Source: Candidatus Omnitrophota bacterium (GTDB lineage Bacteria > Omnitrophota > Gorgyraeia > Gygaellales > Profunditerraquicolaceae). From it: a stretch of 64,000 nt of DNA. The translations under genes and the position numbers were made by a program. The stretch spans positions 11,800 through 75,799 of the forward strand of contig JAOAET010000051.1 in the NCBI GenBank assembly GCA_026416665.1, in the 5' to 3' direction. How positions within the stretch are numbered: position 1 is the stretch's first letter; each line of letters begins with the position of its first letter. This document shows, piece by piece, positions 1 to 8,559 of this stretch. The notes below the pieces were generated by a model. The model did no database searches. It had not been told where the DNA came from and saw nothing but the letters and a program-made list of their open reading frames with translations.

Positions 1-238
1 TAATCAAAAGCACCAAGACTAAAGGGTTGAGAAATTTGGAAAGTATCTGGATCAGGATAGTACGTTTCTTCTTTTTGGCTGGCTCGTTATAACCGTATTG
101 CTGAAGACGACTCTGAGCCTCTTGTTCGGTGAGGCCTTTGAAAGATGTGTTTAGTTTGGAAAAAAGAACTTCTTGTGGACAACTGATATAGTCAAAATCC
201 CAATTTTGTAATTTTTTGATTCCGTTCTTATTTCTCAT
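1..238 (-). CDS. P-type ATPase, N-terminal fragment (MgtA-like Mg2+ transporter). The 3' end runs off the left window edge.
   Basis: Minus-strand ATG at 238..236 gives MRNKNGIKKLQNWDFDYISCPQEVLFSKLNTSFKGLTEQEAQSRLQQYGYNEPAKKKKRTILIQILSKFLNPLVLVLLI with no stop before position 1. The 'LTEQEAQSRLQQYGYNE' segment matches the conserved N-terminal region of MgtA/cation P-type ATPases. Not in the ORF track because it is truncated by the window edge. Confidence 0.45.
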   Translation of the reverse strand, partial: MRNKNGIKKLQNWDFDYISCPQEVLFSKLNTSFKGLTEQEAQSRLQQYGYNEPAKKKKRTILIQILSKFLNPLVLVLLI

Positions 239-356
239 AAGTATATTGACAATAAAAAAGATAAAACTTTTTTATCATCATTCTTGAAAGCCCTAAAAAC
301 AAACTTATCAATTCAATCTCTAAGCAGTTTGAGTTTCTGTTTTTACTTTAGCAGTT

Positions 357-384
357 ATTGTAAAGCAAAGAATATCTTTGTCAA
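357..384 (-). promoter_or_regulatory. Candidate sigma70 promoter for the mgtA-like gene: TTGACA, 16-nt spacer, TACAAT on the minus strand
   Basis: The reverse complement of 379..384 is TTGACA and of 357..362 is TACAAT. This would give a leader of about 120 nt before the ATG at 238. Confidence 0.3.
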
Positions 385-404
385 TAAATTTACAACTGTT
401 CCTT

Positions 405-440
405 TTTATTCTTTATTTCTCATTTATTCTTTATTTCTCA
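405..440. repeat. Perfect 18-bp tandem direct duplication (tttattctttatttctca x2)
   Basis: Positions 405..422 and 423..440 are identical. The repeat sits between the stop of the 471..3092 gene and the candidate promoter of the mgtA-like gene. Confidence 0.9.
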
Positions 441-470
441 AAATTTAATCTCTTTGTTCTCAATTTTTGA

Positions 471-3092
471 TTATAAACTTGCGTTACCTGGAATAAGTTT
501 TAAAACCTCATCCCTCAGCTTCTTGGCGATTGTTTCGTAGTCCCCATTTAACTGTTGAGGATAAATTGGATGGCCAAAGATAACCTTTATTGGATGTGGC
601 CGAGGCAATTTCGCACTTCTTGGCCAAGAATAATGTGAACCTTGAATATATACAGGAACTACTGGGATACCTAACTCTTTTATTAAGATACCCACTCCTT
701 TTTTGAACTCTTTTACCTGTTTATCTATAGAACGCCTGCCCTCAGGAAATATACAAACAGTTTTCTTATGCGATAATACGAAAGAAACTGCCTGCATACC
801 TAAGGTTAAGTGGGTCTCAGTATCAATAGAAATTAAACGACATATCTTGATTGCCCAACTCAGTAAAGGATGTTCAAAAATACGTTGATATCCTACAAAG
901 TAAGTATTAATAGAAATCTTAAAAGGTAAACTTAAGAAAATAAATAACCCGTCTAGGTAACTGGCATGGTTTGGACAGATAAGATACGGTCCTTGTTTGG
1001 GCAGATTTTGACTACCTTGGCTTCTTAATAACCACAAGATTCTAAAAAGTAATAAAAAAATGTTTTTGATTACAAAAGTAATTACGGTCTCATAAAACCC
1101 AAAATCAATTTTTATCTTTTTAATTACCTCTTCTGGAGGCAATTCAGCTAAAATTTCCTTCCAATTTTTTTCTTTGGTTTTTGTATGTCTTGGATTTTTG
1201 TTTTGAATTAATTGCTCTAAATTTATAATGAGGTCTTTAACAGTAGCTACTTTATAGAGTAACTCATCAGGAATTTTTATCTTTAAAAGTGCTTCTAAAC
1301 CCAAACCAAGTTCTACTCTTGTTAGAGAGTCAATGCCAAGGTCAATTTCAAGGTGACTATTTAAATCCACAGGTTTTTTTATTTCCTCTGAAATATAACG
1401 AATTATTTTTTTAGCGATTTCTTTATTTAAAATCGCCAGTTCCTCTTCTGTATAAGATGCCTTTTCTTCTTTAACAGGCAAATTCTTTGACAAATATTTT
1501 TCTATTAACTGATAACGTTTAATCTTTCCCAAAGCAGTCCTAGGCAACTTTTCTTTGGTAAGGACAAACCCCATGATATGTTGATAAGAAGGAAGCTTCT
1601 TACTTAATGCCTCTAAATCCCAGCGTATTTTCTCACGGATATTTAATTCTCTTTTTTGCTTAAAATATTCTAAGTCTGGCACTATAACAGCAAAAAGCAA
1701 AACGCTAGGATAACCAAAGGTCTTTTCTGTCTTAGGGATAATAGCTATCTCTTTTATCCAAGGACTGGTTTGGTAATACTCTTCCAATTCCTCGGGATAG
1801 ATGTTCTTACCCGACGACAAAACAATAACTTCTTTTTCTCTACCTACAAGGAAAAGATATCCTTCCTTATCAATGTAACCTAAATCACCAGAATAAAACC
1901 AACCTTCTCTGATTGTGTCTGCGGTTAACTTTTCCTGTTTAAAATATCCTGCCATTACATTAGGGCCTTTAATCAATACCTGACCTATTGCCTTTTTATC
2001 AGGATTGGCTATCTTAATTTCTACATCAGGCAATGGCTTTCCTACAGAACCAAATTTTATTCTATTTGGTGGATTAATTGTCACTACTGGCGAGGTCTCA
2101 GTCAATCCGTAACCTTCAATTATTTTTAACCCTAAGGTTGTTAAACCTTTTCCGATATCCGGTTCCAAACGCGCCCCACCGCTTACTAATAACCGTAAAC
2201 TGCCGAATTTACTACGCAATCTTATCCTGACAAAAGGCAAAATCAAAGGTCTTAAGACAAAAGGAATATTTTGTATCTTCTCCATTATTGCCTTATGAAG
2301 AAGAGAAAAAATCTGCGGCACCCCTACCAAAATTGTGATCGAGGCCTCACTTATTATCTGAAAAATTTCTTGAGATTTAATATTTAAGGCATAGGTCACT
2401 TTAGCGCCTAAGAAAAGCGGAACAATCAAAGTTACCATAAAGGCATACGCATGATACAAAGGTAAAACAGAAAGAAAATTATCTGAAGGATAACAAAGAT
2501 TTAGTTTTTTAATACTAATAAAATTTGAGCAGATATTCTTGTGTGTAAGCATTACTGCCTTGGGTTTACCCGTTGTTCCTGAGGTATAAATAAGCGAAGC
2601 GATATCCTCAGGTTTGACTTCAGGCCAGTTAATATGTTCGTAAGAAACATTCTTTATTTTTTCCTTTACTTCCTCTGCATCCAAAACGATAGCTTCTGTT
2701 TTAGTTCCTACTATGGCCTGCTTTATTTTTTTACTAAAGAGGTCATTGCTGGTAAAAACAATCTTCGCACTACAATCCAGTATAATATTTCTTATCTCAT
2801 CTGGACTTAATTGGGGGTCTAAAGGCAAACAGGATAAACCTGCTTTCATTATCCCAAAATACACTGTAGCCCACTCAGGACAGTTCTCTAAAATTAAACA
2901 GGCAAAATCCCCTTTTTTCAGGCCTTTTTCTCTGATCAAGAATCCAGCTAATTTTAAGGACAGGTCTTCTAATTGTTTGTAAGTCCATTTTTCCCAAACT
3001 GAGCCTTTTTTTATTTGAAAACACACCTGCTGAGGAAAATTTCGGACTGTCTTGCTAAAAAATTCAGTGATAACTAAATTCTCTTCATTCAT
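471..3092 (-). CDS. Tri-domain fusion: acyl-AMP/acyl-CoA ligase (AMP-binding), acyl-carrier-protein domain, transmembrane segment and PlsC-type lysophospholipid acyltransferase
   Basis: N-terminal AMP-binding motif 'LIYTSGTTGKPKAV', then 'YSGDLGY' and 'GKI' motifs. A phosphopantetheine attachment site 'LEIDLGIDSLTRVEL' follows. A hydrophobic helix comes next, then the PlsC catalytic motifs 'PNHASYLD' (HX4D) and 'FPEGRRS'. The ORF track starts at 3134, but the second Met (MNEENL...) at 3092 forms an ATGA overlap with the upstream stop, so that is the likely true start. Confidence 0.8.
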   Translation of the reverse strand: MNEENLVITEFFSKTVRNFPQQVCFQIKKGSVWEKWTYKQLEDLSLKLAGFLIREKGLKKGDFACLILENCPEWATVYFGIMKAGLSCLPLDPQLSPDEIRNIILDCSAKIVFTSNDLFSKKIKQAIVGTKTEAIVLDAEEVKEKIKNVSYEHINWPEVKPEDIASLIYTSGTTGKPKAVMLTHKNICSNFISIKKLNLCYPSDNFLSVLPLYHAYAFMVTLIVPLFLGAKVTYALNIKSQEIFQIISEASITILVGVPQIFSLLHKAIMEKIQNIPFVLRPLILPFVRIRLRSKFGSLRLLVSGGARLEPDIGKGLTTLGLKIIEGYGLTETSPVVTINPPNRIKFGSVGKPLPDVEIKIANPDKKAIGQVLIKGPNVMAGYFKQEKLTADTIREGWFYSGDLGYIDKEGYLFLVGREKEVIVLSSGKNIYPEELEEYYQTSPWIKEIAIIPKTEKTFGYPSVLLFAVIVPDLEYFKQKRELNIREKIRWDLEALSKKLPSYQHIMGFVLTKEKLPRTALGKIKRYQLIEKYLSKNLPVKEEKASYTEEELAILNKEIAKKIIRYISEEIKKPVDLNSHLEIDLGIDSLTRVELGLGLEALLKIKIPDELLYKVATVKDLIINLEQLIQNKNPRHTKTKEKNWKEILAELPPEEVIKKIKIDFGFYETVITFVIKNIFLLLFRILWLLRSQGSQNLPKQGPYLICPNHASYLDGLFIFLSLPFKISINTYFVGYQRIFEHPLLSWAIKICRLISIDTETHLTLGMQAVSFVLSHKKTVCIFPEGRRSIDKQVKEFKKGVGILIKELGIPVVPVYIQGSHYSWPRSAKLPRPHPIKVIFGHPIYPQQLNGDYETIAKKLRDEVLKLIPGNASL

Positions 3093-3895
3093 TTTAGATG
3101 GCGTTTTAGAAAGTCTGAGATTTTCAGCATACACTCTTGATTGTAAATGTAGAAGGCATCATTATGTCCACCTTGCATAACATACAACTCTTTTGGTTCT
3201 TTAGCTGCTGTAAAGAGCATCTGGGCATGTTTAAATGGCACAATCTCATCATTTTTACTGTGAATAAAAAGTTTAGGCATGGTGATTGTGCCTACTTTTT
3301 TTAGCGAGTCGTATTTTTGCGTTACAAAAAGCCACAGAGGAATAAATTTATAGATATCTTTGGCTAAGTTGACAATAGAGGAAAAACCACTTTCAGAAAT
3401 AAGTGCTCCTGCTTTTACCTTGCTTGCCAAATCAATAGCTACTGCTGCACCTAAGGATTTTCCGTAAAGCACGATTTTTTCAGGCGGTATTCTTTTTGTC
3501 TTGACCAGATATTCATAGGCAGCTATTGCATCTAAATATGTTCCTAATTCAGATGGGCTACCTTGACTTCTTCCAAACCCGCGGTAGTCAAAGATAAAAA
3601 AACTAAAGTTTCTTTCATTAAATAATTTAGCTACTTCTATACGGTGGCTGATATTGCCAGCATTTCCGTGAAAATAAAGAACCACTATATCCTGATTTTG
3701 TGCAGGAATAAACCAACCGTTTAGGATAAGACCGTCTTGTGTTTTAAAAAATATATCTTCATAATTTAAGCCTCTACCTAATGGTGTAAATTCTATAGTT
3801 TTTTCAGGATAAAAGATTGATTTATATTCAAATATTCTCATATATATAAGAAAAAGTGATACTAAAATAATTAAAAGAATAACTTTTCTTAACAT
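3089..3895 (-). CDS. Membrane-anchored alpha/beta-fold hydrolase (BEM46/ABHD-like)
   Basis: N-terminal TM helix, 'HGNAGN' oxyanion-region motif, GxSxG nucleophile elbow 'GKSLGAA' and a C-terminal 'GGHND' His motif. Its TGA stop overlaps the ATG of the downstream fusion gene (ATGA). Confidence 0.75.
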   Translation of the reverse strand: MLRKVILLIILVSLFLIYMRIFEYKSIFYPEKTIEFTPLGRGLNYEDIFFKTQDGLILNGWFIPAQNQDIVVLYFHGNAGNISHRIEVAKLFNERNFSFFIFDYRGFGRSQGSPSELGTYLDAIAAYEYLVKTKRIPPEKIVLYGKSLGAAVAIDLASKVKAGALISESGFSSIVNLAKDIYKFIPLWLFVTQKYDSLKKVGTITMPKLFIHSKNDEIVPFKHAQMLFTAAKEPKELYVMQGGHNDAFYIYNQECMLKISDFLKRHLK

Positions 3896-4243
3896 TCTCT
3901 GCTGTGCTTATCTGGGGCAAAGTAAAAACAAAAATACTACTTTAATCCTCCAGCATCACGCCTGCCCGTAAATTCCTCTAATCAGTATTTATTCTCTCAG
4001 GAACTTCCCAGAAGAATGGTAATAATCTTTACCGTGTGCACAAAGATAAAACCTGAAACTTCACCAATACAGTCAACAATATATCCTACCTAAAATGACA
4101 AAAATTCGAAAGAAACAAACCGATTGTCTAAGTTTCATTTAATCTAAAAACGCACCTTATATAACCAGATATATAAAAAATAAATACCTTTACTAAACAT
4201 AAATCCCTAAATAACGTAAGTAAATTCAGAACCCCTTTTCTCT

Positions 4244-5845
4244 CTATTCATTAAAAAGGATTTTCATAACTGTAGATAAATCCGTTACCAGTTTTTGTAT
4301 AGATGTATAATCTAACTTTTCATAGGTGTCTTCTGGTGTATGGTAATAAGGATTACGACAAAAGGCTGTATCGGTTAACATTATGGCTTGGTAGCCAAAT
4401 CTCCAAAAGGACCAATGGTCAGAGAAGCTTATTTCTGGTATTAAAAAAATTGGGGCAACTAAAAACTCTATCGGCAAACTTGACTGTTTCTTAAATTCCC
4501 TGACTATCTTCTTCAAAAAACCTGAAGAACGAAGATTACTTATTGACGCGATAAAATTTCCCTTATCAGGATAGTAATATCTGAAGAGCCTTGTAGGATA
4601 GTTCTGTGAATTTCTTTTATTTGAATAATAACCTATAGACTCTAAACATATAACCCCTACAATATTATCCCCTCTTTTTTTTGCTTCTTGTGCGTATTGG
4701 AAACTGCCCATATCCTTAGTCATAAAAAAAGGTGGCTCTTCATTGGTAAAAGCAATAAATTTTATAGTTTGTTTGATTTCTTCTGGTGATAAAATCCTGG
4801 CTATTTCAAGAAGCCCAGCTACTCCAGAGGCATTATCATCTGCTCCGACAGAACCGATTACTGAATCATAATGAGCACACACAATGAGAATTTTCTCAGG
4901 GTGCACTTTACCTATTTTAGTAGCAATAATATTTCTATAAATTTTTCCTTCCAGGGAATAAACCTGCTCTTGTGGTTGGTAGCCATAATTCTTAAATTCT
5001 TGTTTTATATAATCAGCTGCTTGCTCTAAGTTTTGGTGGTGGCTAAAATTTCTCTCGCCTATATCTATTGATAGAAATTTAACATGTTTTTTTAGATTAT
5101 CATGTATTATTTGCTCTTGATACGTGTCTTTAGTCTGGTCTGTCTTAGCCCTTATCATCGGAACAAATCTCACGGGAATAATATTACTAATCACAATCTT
5201 GCCATTTTCCTTTTTGACTAATTTTAATTCTTGATAGTCAGCTCCTACGGGAATAACTAATCTTCCACCTTCAGCCAGTTGCTCTATCAAGGGCTTCGGG
5301 ATATCTTCTGCAGCGCAGGTAACTATAATCGCATCAAAAGGAGCCTGCTCGGGCCATCCCAGAAAACCATCTGCACATTTAACGTGGATATTTTTGTAAC
5401 CTAAATCTGTAAGTAATCTCTCTGCACGCTCTGCCAAAGGTTTTAATATCTCTATGGTATAAACCTGGTGGCTTAACTCTGCTAAAATCGCTGCTTGGTA
5501 TCCAGACCCAGTGCCTATCTCAAGTACCTTCTGGTTACCTTTCAACTCAAGAAGCTCGGTCATCAATGCTACAATATAGGGTTGGGAGATAGTCTGACCT
5601 TCACCAATCGGCAGTGGTGTGTCATCGTAAGCAAAAGGTCTAAATAACTCAGGGACAAATAAATGTCTTTTTACTTTACGCATTGCCTCTAAAACAGGCG
5701 TATCTTTTATGCCCCGCGCTTGTATCTGTTCTATTACCATCTTCTCTCTTTGCCGGTCAAAGTCCTGACACCAGACATTTCTGTTTAAAGTTAGAGAAAA
5801 CATACTGATAAACACCAATAGTTCTGCTTTTTGTTTAAGCTGCAT
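4244..5845 (-). CDS. Fusion of protein-L-isoaspartate O-methyltransferase (PIMT/Pcm) and M28 family Zn-aminopeptidase, with an N-terminal signal or anchor sequence
   Basis: Hydrophobic N-terminus '[12 protein letters not shown]'. PIMT motifs '[17 protein letters not shown]' and '[18 protein letters not shown]'. C-terminal M28 metal ligands 'CAHYDSV', '[12 protein letters not shown]', 'FTNEE' and 'YYHTPEDT'. Confidence 0.8.
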   Translation of the reverse strand: MQLKQKAELLVFISMFSLTLNRNVWCQDFDRQREKMVIEQIQARGIKDTPVLEAMRKVKRHLFVPELFRPFAYDDTPLPIGEGQTISQPYIVALMTELLELKGNQKVLEIGTGSGYQAAILAELSHQVYTIEILKPLAERAERLLTDLGYKNIHVKCADGFLGWPEQAPFDAIIVTCAAEDIPKPLIEQLAEGGRLVIPVGADYQELKLVKKENGKIVISNIIPVRFVPMIRAKTDQTKDTYQEQIIHDNLKKHVKFLSIDIGERNFSHHQNLEQAADYIKQEFKNYGYQPQEQVYSLEGKIYRNIIATKIGKVHPEKILIVCAHYDSVIGSVGADDNASGVAGLLEIARILSPEEIKQTIKFIAFTNEEPPFFMTKDMGSFQYAQEAKKRGDNIVGVICLESIGYYSNKRNSQNYPTRLFRYYYPDKGNFIASISNLRSSGFLKKIVREFKKQSSLPIEFLVAPIFLIPEISFSDHWSFWRFGYQAIMLTDTAFCRNPYYHTPEDTYEKLDYTSIQKLVTDLSTVMKILFNE

Positions 5846-5902
5846 CTTGTGGTCAAATAATATTCTAAGTCCAAAACTGTATTTCAGAAATTTTATTTTG
5901 TT

Positions 5903-6604
5903 TTATTTTCTTTTACCTACTGGCATTATATATAGCGGTTCTTCTTTTATATTTAAGACCTTTTTTACTGCCTCATCTACAAATGCACCAACAGCTACAG
6001 TGGCAAGACCTAAAGATTCTGCCTGAAGATAGATATTTTGTCCAACATGTCCTGCCTCAATATGAACATATCTTTCTCCTCGTTCTCCGTACTTTTGCTT
6101 TGTTCTTTCATACTGGGCACAAATAACCAAGCTTACGGGCGCATTTTTTACGGCAGTTTGAAAAAGAGAGCTAGCAGATAAAGCAAGTCGCTTATCACCA
6201 TCAACGATTTTAATAAGCGAATGTCTTTTGGGATTATATTGATAAACCCCTGTTGTTAATTTTTCTACATTACCAACCACTAAATAAATCTCTAAAGGAT
6301 AAAGAGCACCTGCAGAAGGAACAGCCCTACCACCCCATTTAGTAGTAATTCCTTGTGCTGACCAGAGAAGTTGTGCAACCTCCTCTAAACTTAAGGGGGC
6401 ATCTTTATATTCCCTTACCGACCTTCTTTTAAAAATAGCCTGCTCTACTGAAAGTTTACCTGTTGTCTGAATTGCTGGAAGTTTTATCTCTTCTTTACTT
6501 TCACTTTCTGCTAAAATTATTCCTTTATTTTTTAGAAAATAACCAACAGAAAGTAATTCTGCAAACATAATTACGCTTGCAATAACTAAAAAATATTTCT
6601 TCAT
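5903..6604 (-). CDS. SagB-type dehydrogenase / nitroreductase-family protein with an N-terminal signal or anchor
   Basis: 'RRSVREY', 'AVPSAGALYPLEIY', 'YERTKQKYGERGERYVHIEAGHVGQNIYLQAESLGLATVAVGAF' and a terminal 'PVG' are the signature blocks of the SagB-type dehydrogenase domain of the nitroreductase superfamily. Hydrophobic N-terminus. Confidence 0.75.
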   Translation of the reverse strand: MKKYFLVIASVIMFAELLSVGYFLKNKGIILAESESKEEIKLPAIQTTGKLSVEQAIFKRRSVREYKDAPLSLEEVAQLLWSAQGITTKWGGRAVPSAGALYPLEIYLVVGNVEKLTTGVYQYNPKRHSLIKIVDGDKRLALSASSLFQTAVKNAPVSLVICAQYERTKQKYGERGERYVHIEAGHVGQNIYLQAESLGLATVAVGAFVDEAVKKVLNIKEEPLYIMPVGKRK

Positions 6605-6620
6605 TCTTCTTCCTCCATTA

Positions 6621-7562
6621 TCACCATCCTTGAATATCCAAATTAGTAAGACCCATTTGTTTTGCCCATCTTATAACTTCTTGATACTCCTGTTTTGTAA
6701 TTCTGCGGGCAATCTCAGGATAAAGATAAGCTTGGTGGCAAGGTGTATACTGGGACATAATGTTAAGGTAGGTATCCTTAGGTAAATTATTTGCTATCCA
6801 TTCAATAATTTCCTTTGTCCCTGCTACCCTATTAGGCATAACCAGGTGCCGTATCATCAGTCCACGGTAAATTAAGTTATCTTCCGTAAGTTTTGCTACG
6901 CCCACTTGGCGATGCATCTTAAGAATTGCTTCTCTTGTGACTTCAGCATAATCTTTTACTTGAGGTAAATGCCTCTGGGAAAACTCGTTATCCCAATATT
7001 TAAAATCTGGAAGATAAATATCTACTACCCCGTCCAAGTAATTTAGTATCTCTCCACGCTCCCAACCGCAGCTGTTATAAACAATGGGTAATCGTAAACC
7101 TTTACCCACCGCAATATCTAAAGCAAAAAGAATATGCGCTAAATAATGTGTAGGCGTAACCAGGTTAATATTATGACATCCTATCTTTTGTAATCTTAAC
7201 ATCATCTCTGCTAATTCTTCTATACTTATTGCCTCTGCTTCTTCTCCCTGACTAATCTGCCAGTTTATACAGAAAACGCACCTTAAAGCACAATGTGCAA
7301 AGAATATAGTCCCTGAACCACCCGTACCAACAAGAGGTCTTTCCTCACCAAAATGCGGATGGAATGAAGAGACCATCAACTGAGAATTTGCCTGACAAAA
7401 CCCTTTCTTTCCAGCAAGTCGGTCTACTTTACACTGTCGCGGACAGAGCCTGCAACTTTTCATTATATCCCAGAGTCTTTGGGCACGTTTTGCAAGTTCT
7501 CCAGTTCTGTGTAGTTTTAAATAACCTGGCTCAAAATTTAACTTAGCAATGTCTTTGTCCAT
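6621..7562 (-). CDS. Radical SAM enzyme, PflX-like (pyruvate formate-lyase activase-related) with an extra N-terminal Cys motif
   Basis: N-terminal 'CRLCPRQC', then 'GFCQ' and the canonical CX3CX2C cluster 'CALRCVFC', plus a glycine-rich SAM motif 'GTGGSGTIFF'. The family assignment (COG1313-like) is from memory and not searched. Confidence 0.7.
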   Translation of the reverse strand: MDKDIAKLNFEPGYLKLHRTGELAKRAQRLWDIMKSCRLCPRQCKVDRLAGKKGFCQANSQLMVSSFHPHFGEERPLVGTGGSGTIFFAHCALRCVFCINWQISQGEEAEAISIEELAEMMLRLQKIGCHNINLVTPTHYLAHILFALDIAVGKGLRLPIVYNSCGWERGEILNYLDGVVDIYLPDFKYWDNEFSQRHLPQVKDYAEVTREAILKMHRQVGVAKLTEDNLIYRGLMIRHLVMPNRVAGTKEIIEWIANNLPKDTYLNIMSQYTPCHQAYLYPEIARRITKQEYQEVIRWAKQMGLTNLDIQGW

Positions 7563-8001
7563 AAAAAAGCTTTATCTTTTATCTTAAAAAGCACTCCTAT
7601 AGTAAAACATGCTTAATCTACCAAAAACATAAAAAAGTCAAACAATATTATTTTGGTTAATTTAGATAGGAAACCTCTAAAACATTTTTAAAACTATCGT
7701 TAAACTTCCTATTTAGACTTAGAATTTTTTCTAAAAATAGTTTTTACAAATTAAAAATTTTTTATTTGTAATTTCTTTCTTCTATCGGAGAGAAAACAGG
7801 ATTGCTTCCTACAAAAAAGACGTTGTCAGGGATGAGATAAAATTCAGTTTAAAAATATTTTACCAAAACAACATTTATAGCCAGAATAAGAAACAGAGTT
7901 CTTGCTTTAACGATACTGGCAATTATTTTCTATGCCAACAGGAGGCTTCTCCACCCTTCAAGCACTCTTTTTAGGAAAGTTAATTCTACTGTATTAGGTG
8001 A

Positions 8002-8169
8002 TTATAAATGATTTAGCACGAAATTACAGAAATAACTAACCAATAAATCAAAGATATCTTTATGATACCTGTGATTATATCTAAATTCAAGTTCTTTAAG
8101 ATAAAGAGGTAATCTTTCTTTAGATAACCCATGAAACTTTATAAGTTTTTCTAAAGTTGTGGTCTGCAT
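8002..8169 (-). pseudogene. Remnant of an IS1595/ISXO2-like transposase, C-terminal 55-aa fragment
   Basis: The minus-strand ORF reads MQTTTLEKLIKFHGLSKERLPLYLKELEFRYNHRYHKDIFDLLVSYFCNFVLNHL. The 'HL(P)LYLKEfEFRYNhR' block is the characteristic C-terminal motif of IS1595-family (ISXO2-like DDE) transposases. No upstream catalytic domain remains. It lies in an ORF-free AT-rich island next to tRNA-His. Confidence 0.45.
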
Positions 8170-8174
8170 AGCAT

Positions 8175-8202
8175 AAAAAACCTCCGCTTTTTTAAGCGAA
8201 GG
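8175..8202 (-). terminator. Rho-independent terminator candidate downstream of tRNA-His
   Basis: Inverted repeat cctccgc/gcgaagg (7 bp, one mismatch) with an 8-nt loop. On the minus strand it is followed by TTTTTT. Confidence 0.45.
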
Positions 8203-8384
8203 TTACTTATTTTTATGTGAAGTTTCCCACTTTGAATTCACCACTAAATAATTTATTTCTATTAACAGGCAAAATGGTATCATTAAAGCATATCTTTATC
8301 AATTTTTTCTTGTATAAATATTAATATGTTAAATACTAAACAACCACCTTTTTTAAATGAAAAGCTCTTTAATTTTCAAAGATT

Positions 8385-8462
8385 TGGGGTGGCTGAGGGG
8401 GCTCGAACCCCCAACCCTCAGAGCCACAGTCTGATGCTCTAGCCAGTTGAGCTACAGCCACC
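8385..8462 (-). tRNA. tRNA-His (anticodon GUG)
   Basis: The reverse complement is GGTGGCTGTAGCTCAACTGGCTAGAGCATCAGACTGTGGCTCTGAGGGTTGGGGGTTCGAGCCCCCTCAGCCACCCCA. It has the extra 5' G(-1) typical of tRNA-His, anticodon loop CTGTGGC and an encoded CCA. It is very close to E. coli tRNA-His. Confidence 0.9.
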
Positions 8463-8559
8463 ACAATTTTATCCTACAAATTGTTCAATAGAGATTACAA
8501 AAAAATTTATTTTATCTTATGAGTTAATATTTTTCAATAACAAAAAACCTTTATCTGTG

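Noticed and set aside
3896-4243. Possible RiPP precursor peptide or riboswitch in the 348-bp gap upstream of the alpha/beta-hydrolase operon
   Set aside because: Only very short ORFs (≤21 codons) without an RBS or Cys/Ser/Thr-rich core were found, and no recognisable riboswitch consensus could be seen by eye. The question is left open rather than called.
7563-8001. Structured RNA gene (RNase P RNA, SRP RNA, 6S) in the large ORF-free region
   Set aside because: No conserved RNase P (GGAAAGUCCGG…/…ACAGAAACCGGCUUA-like) or SRP RNA (…GGUGCUGUUU…AGCAGGGG-like) sequence blocks were found. The region is uniformly AT-rich and most simply explained as the promoter of the radical SAM gene plus IS debris.
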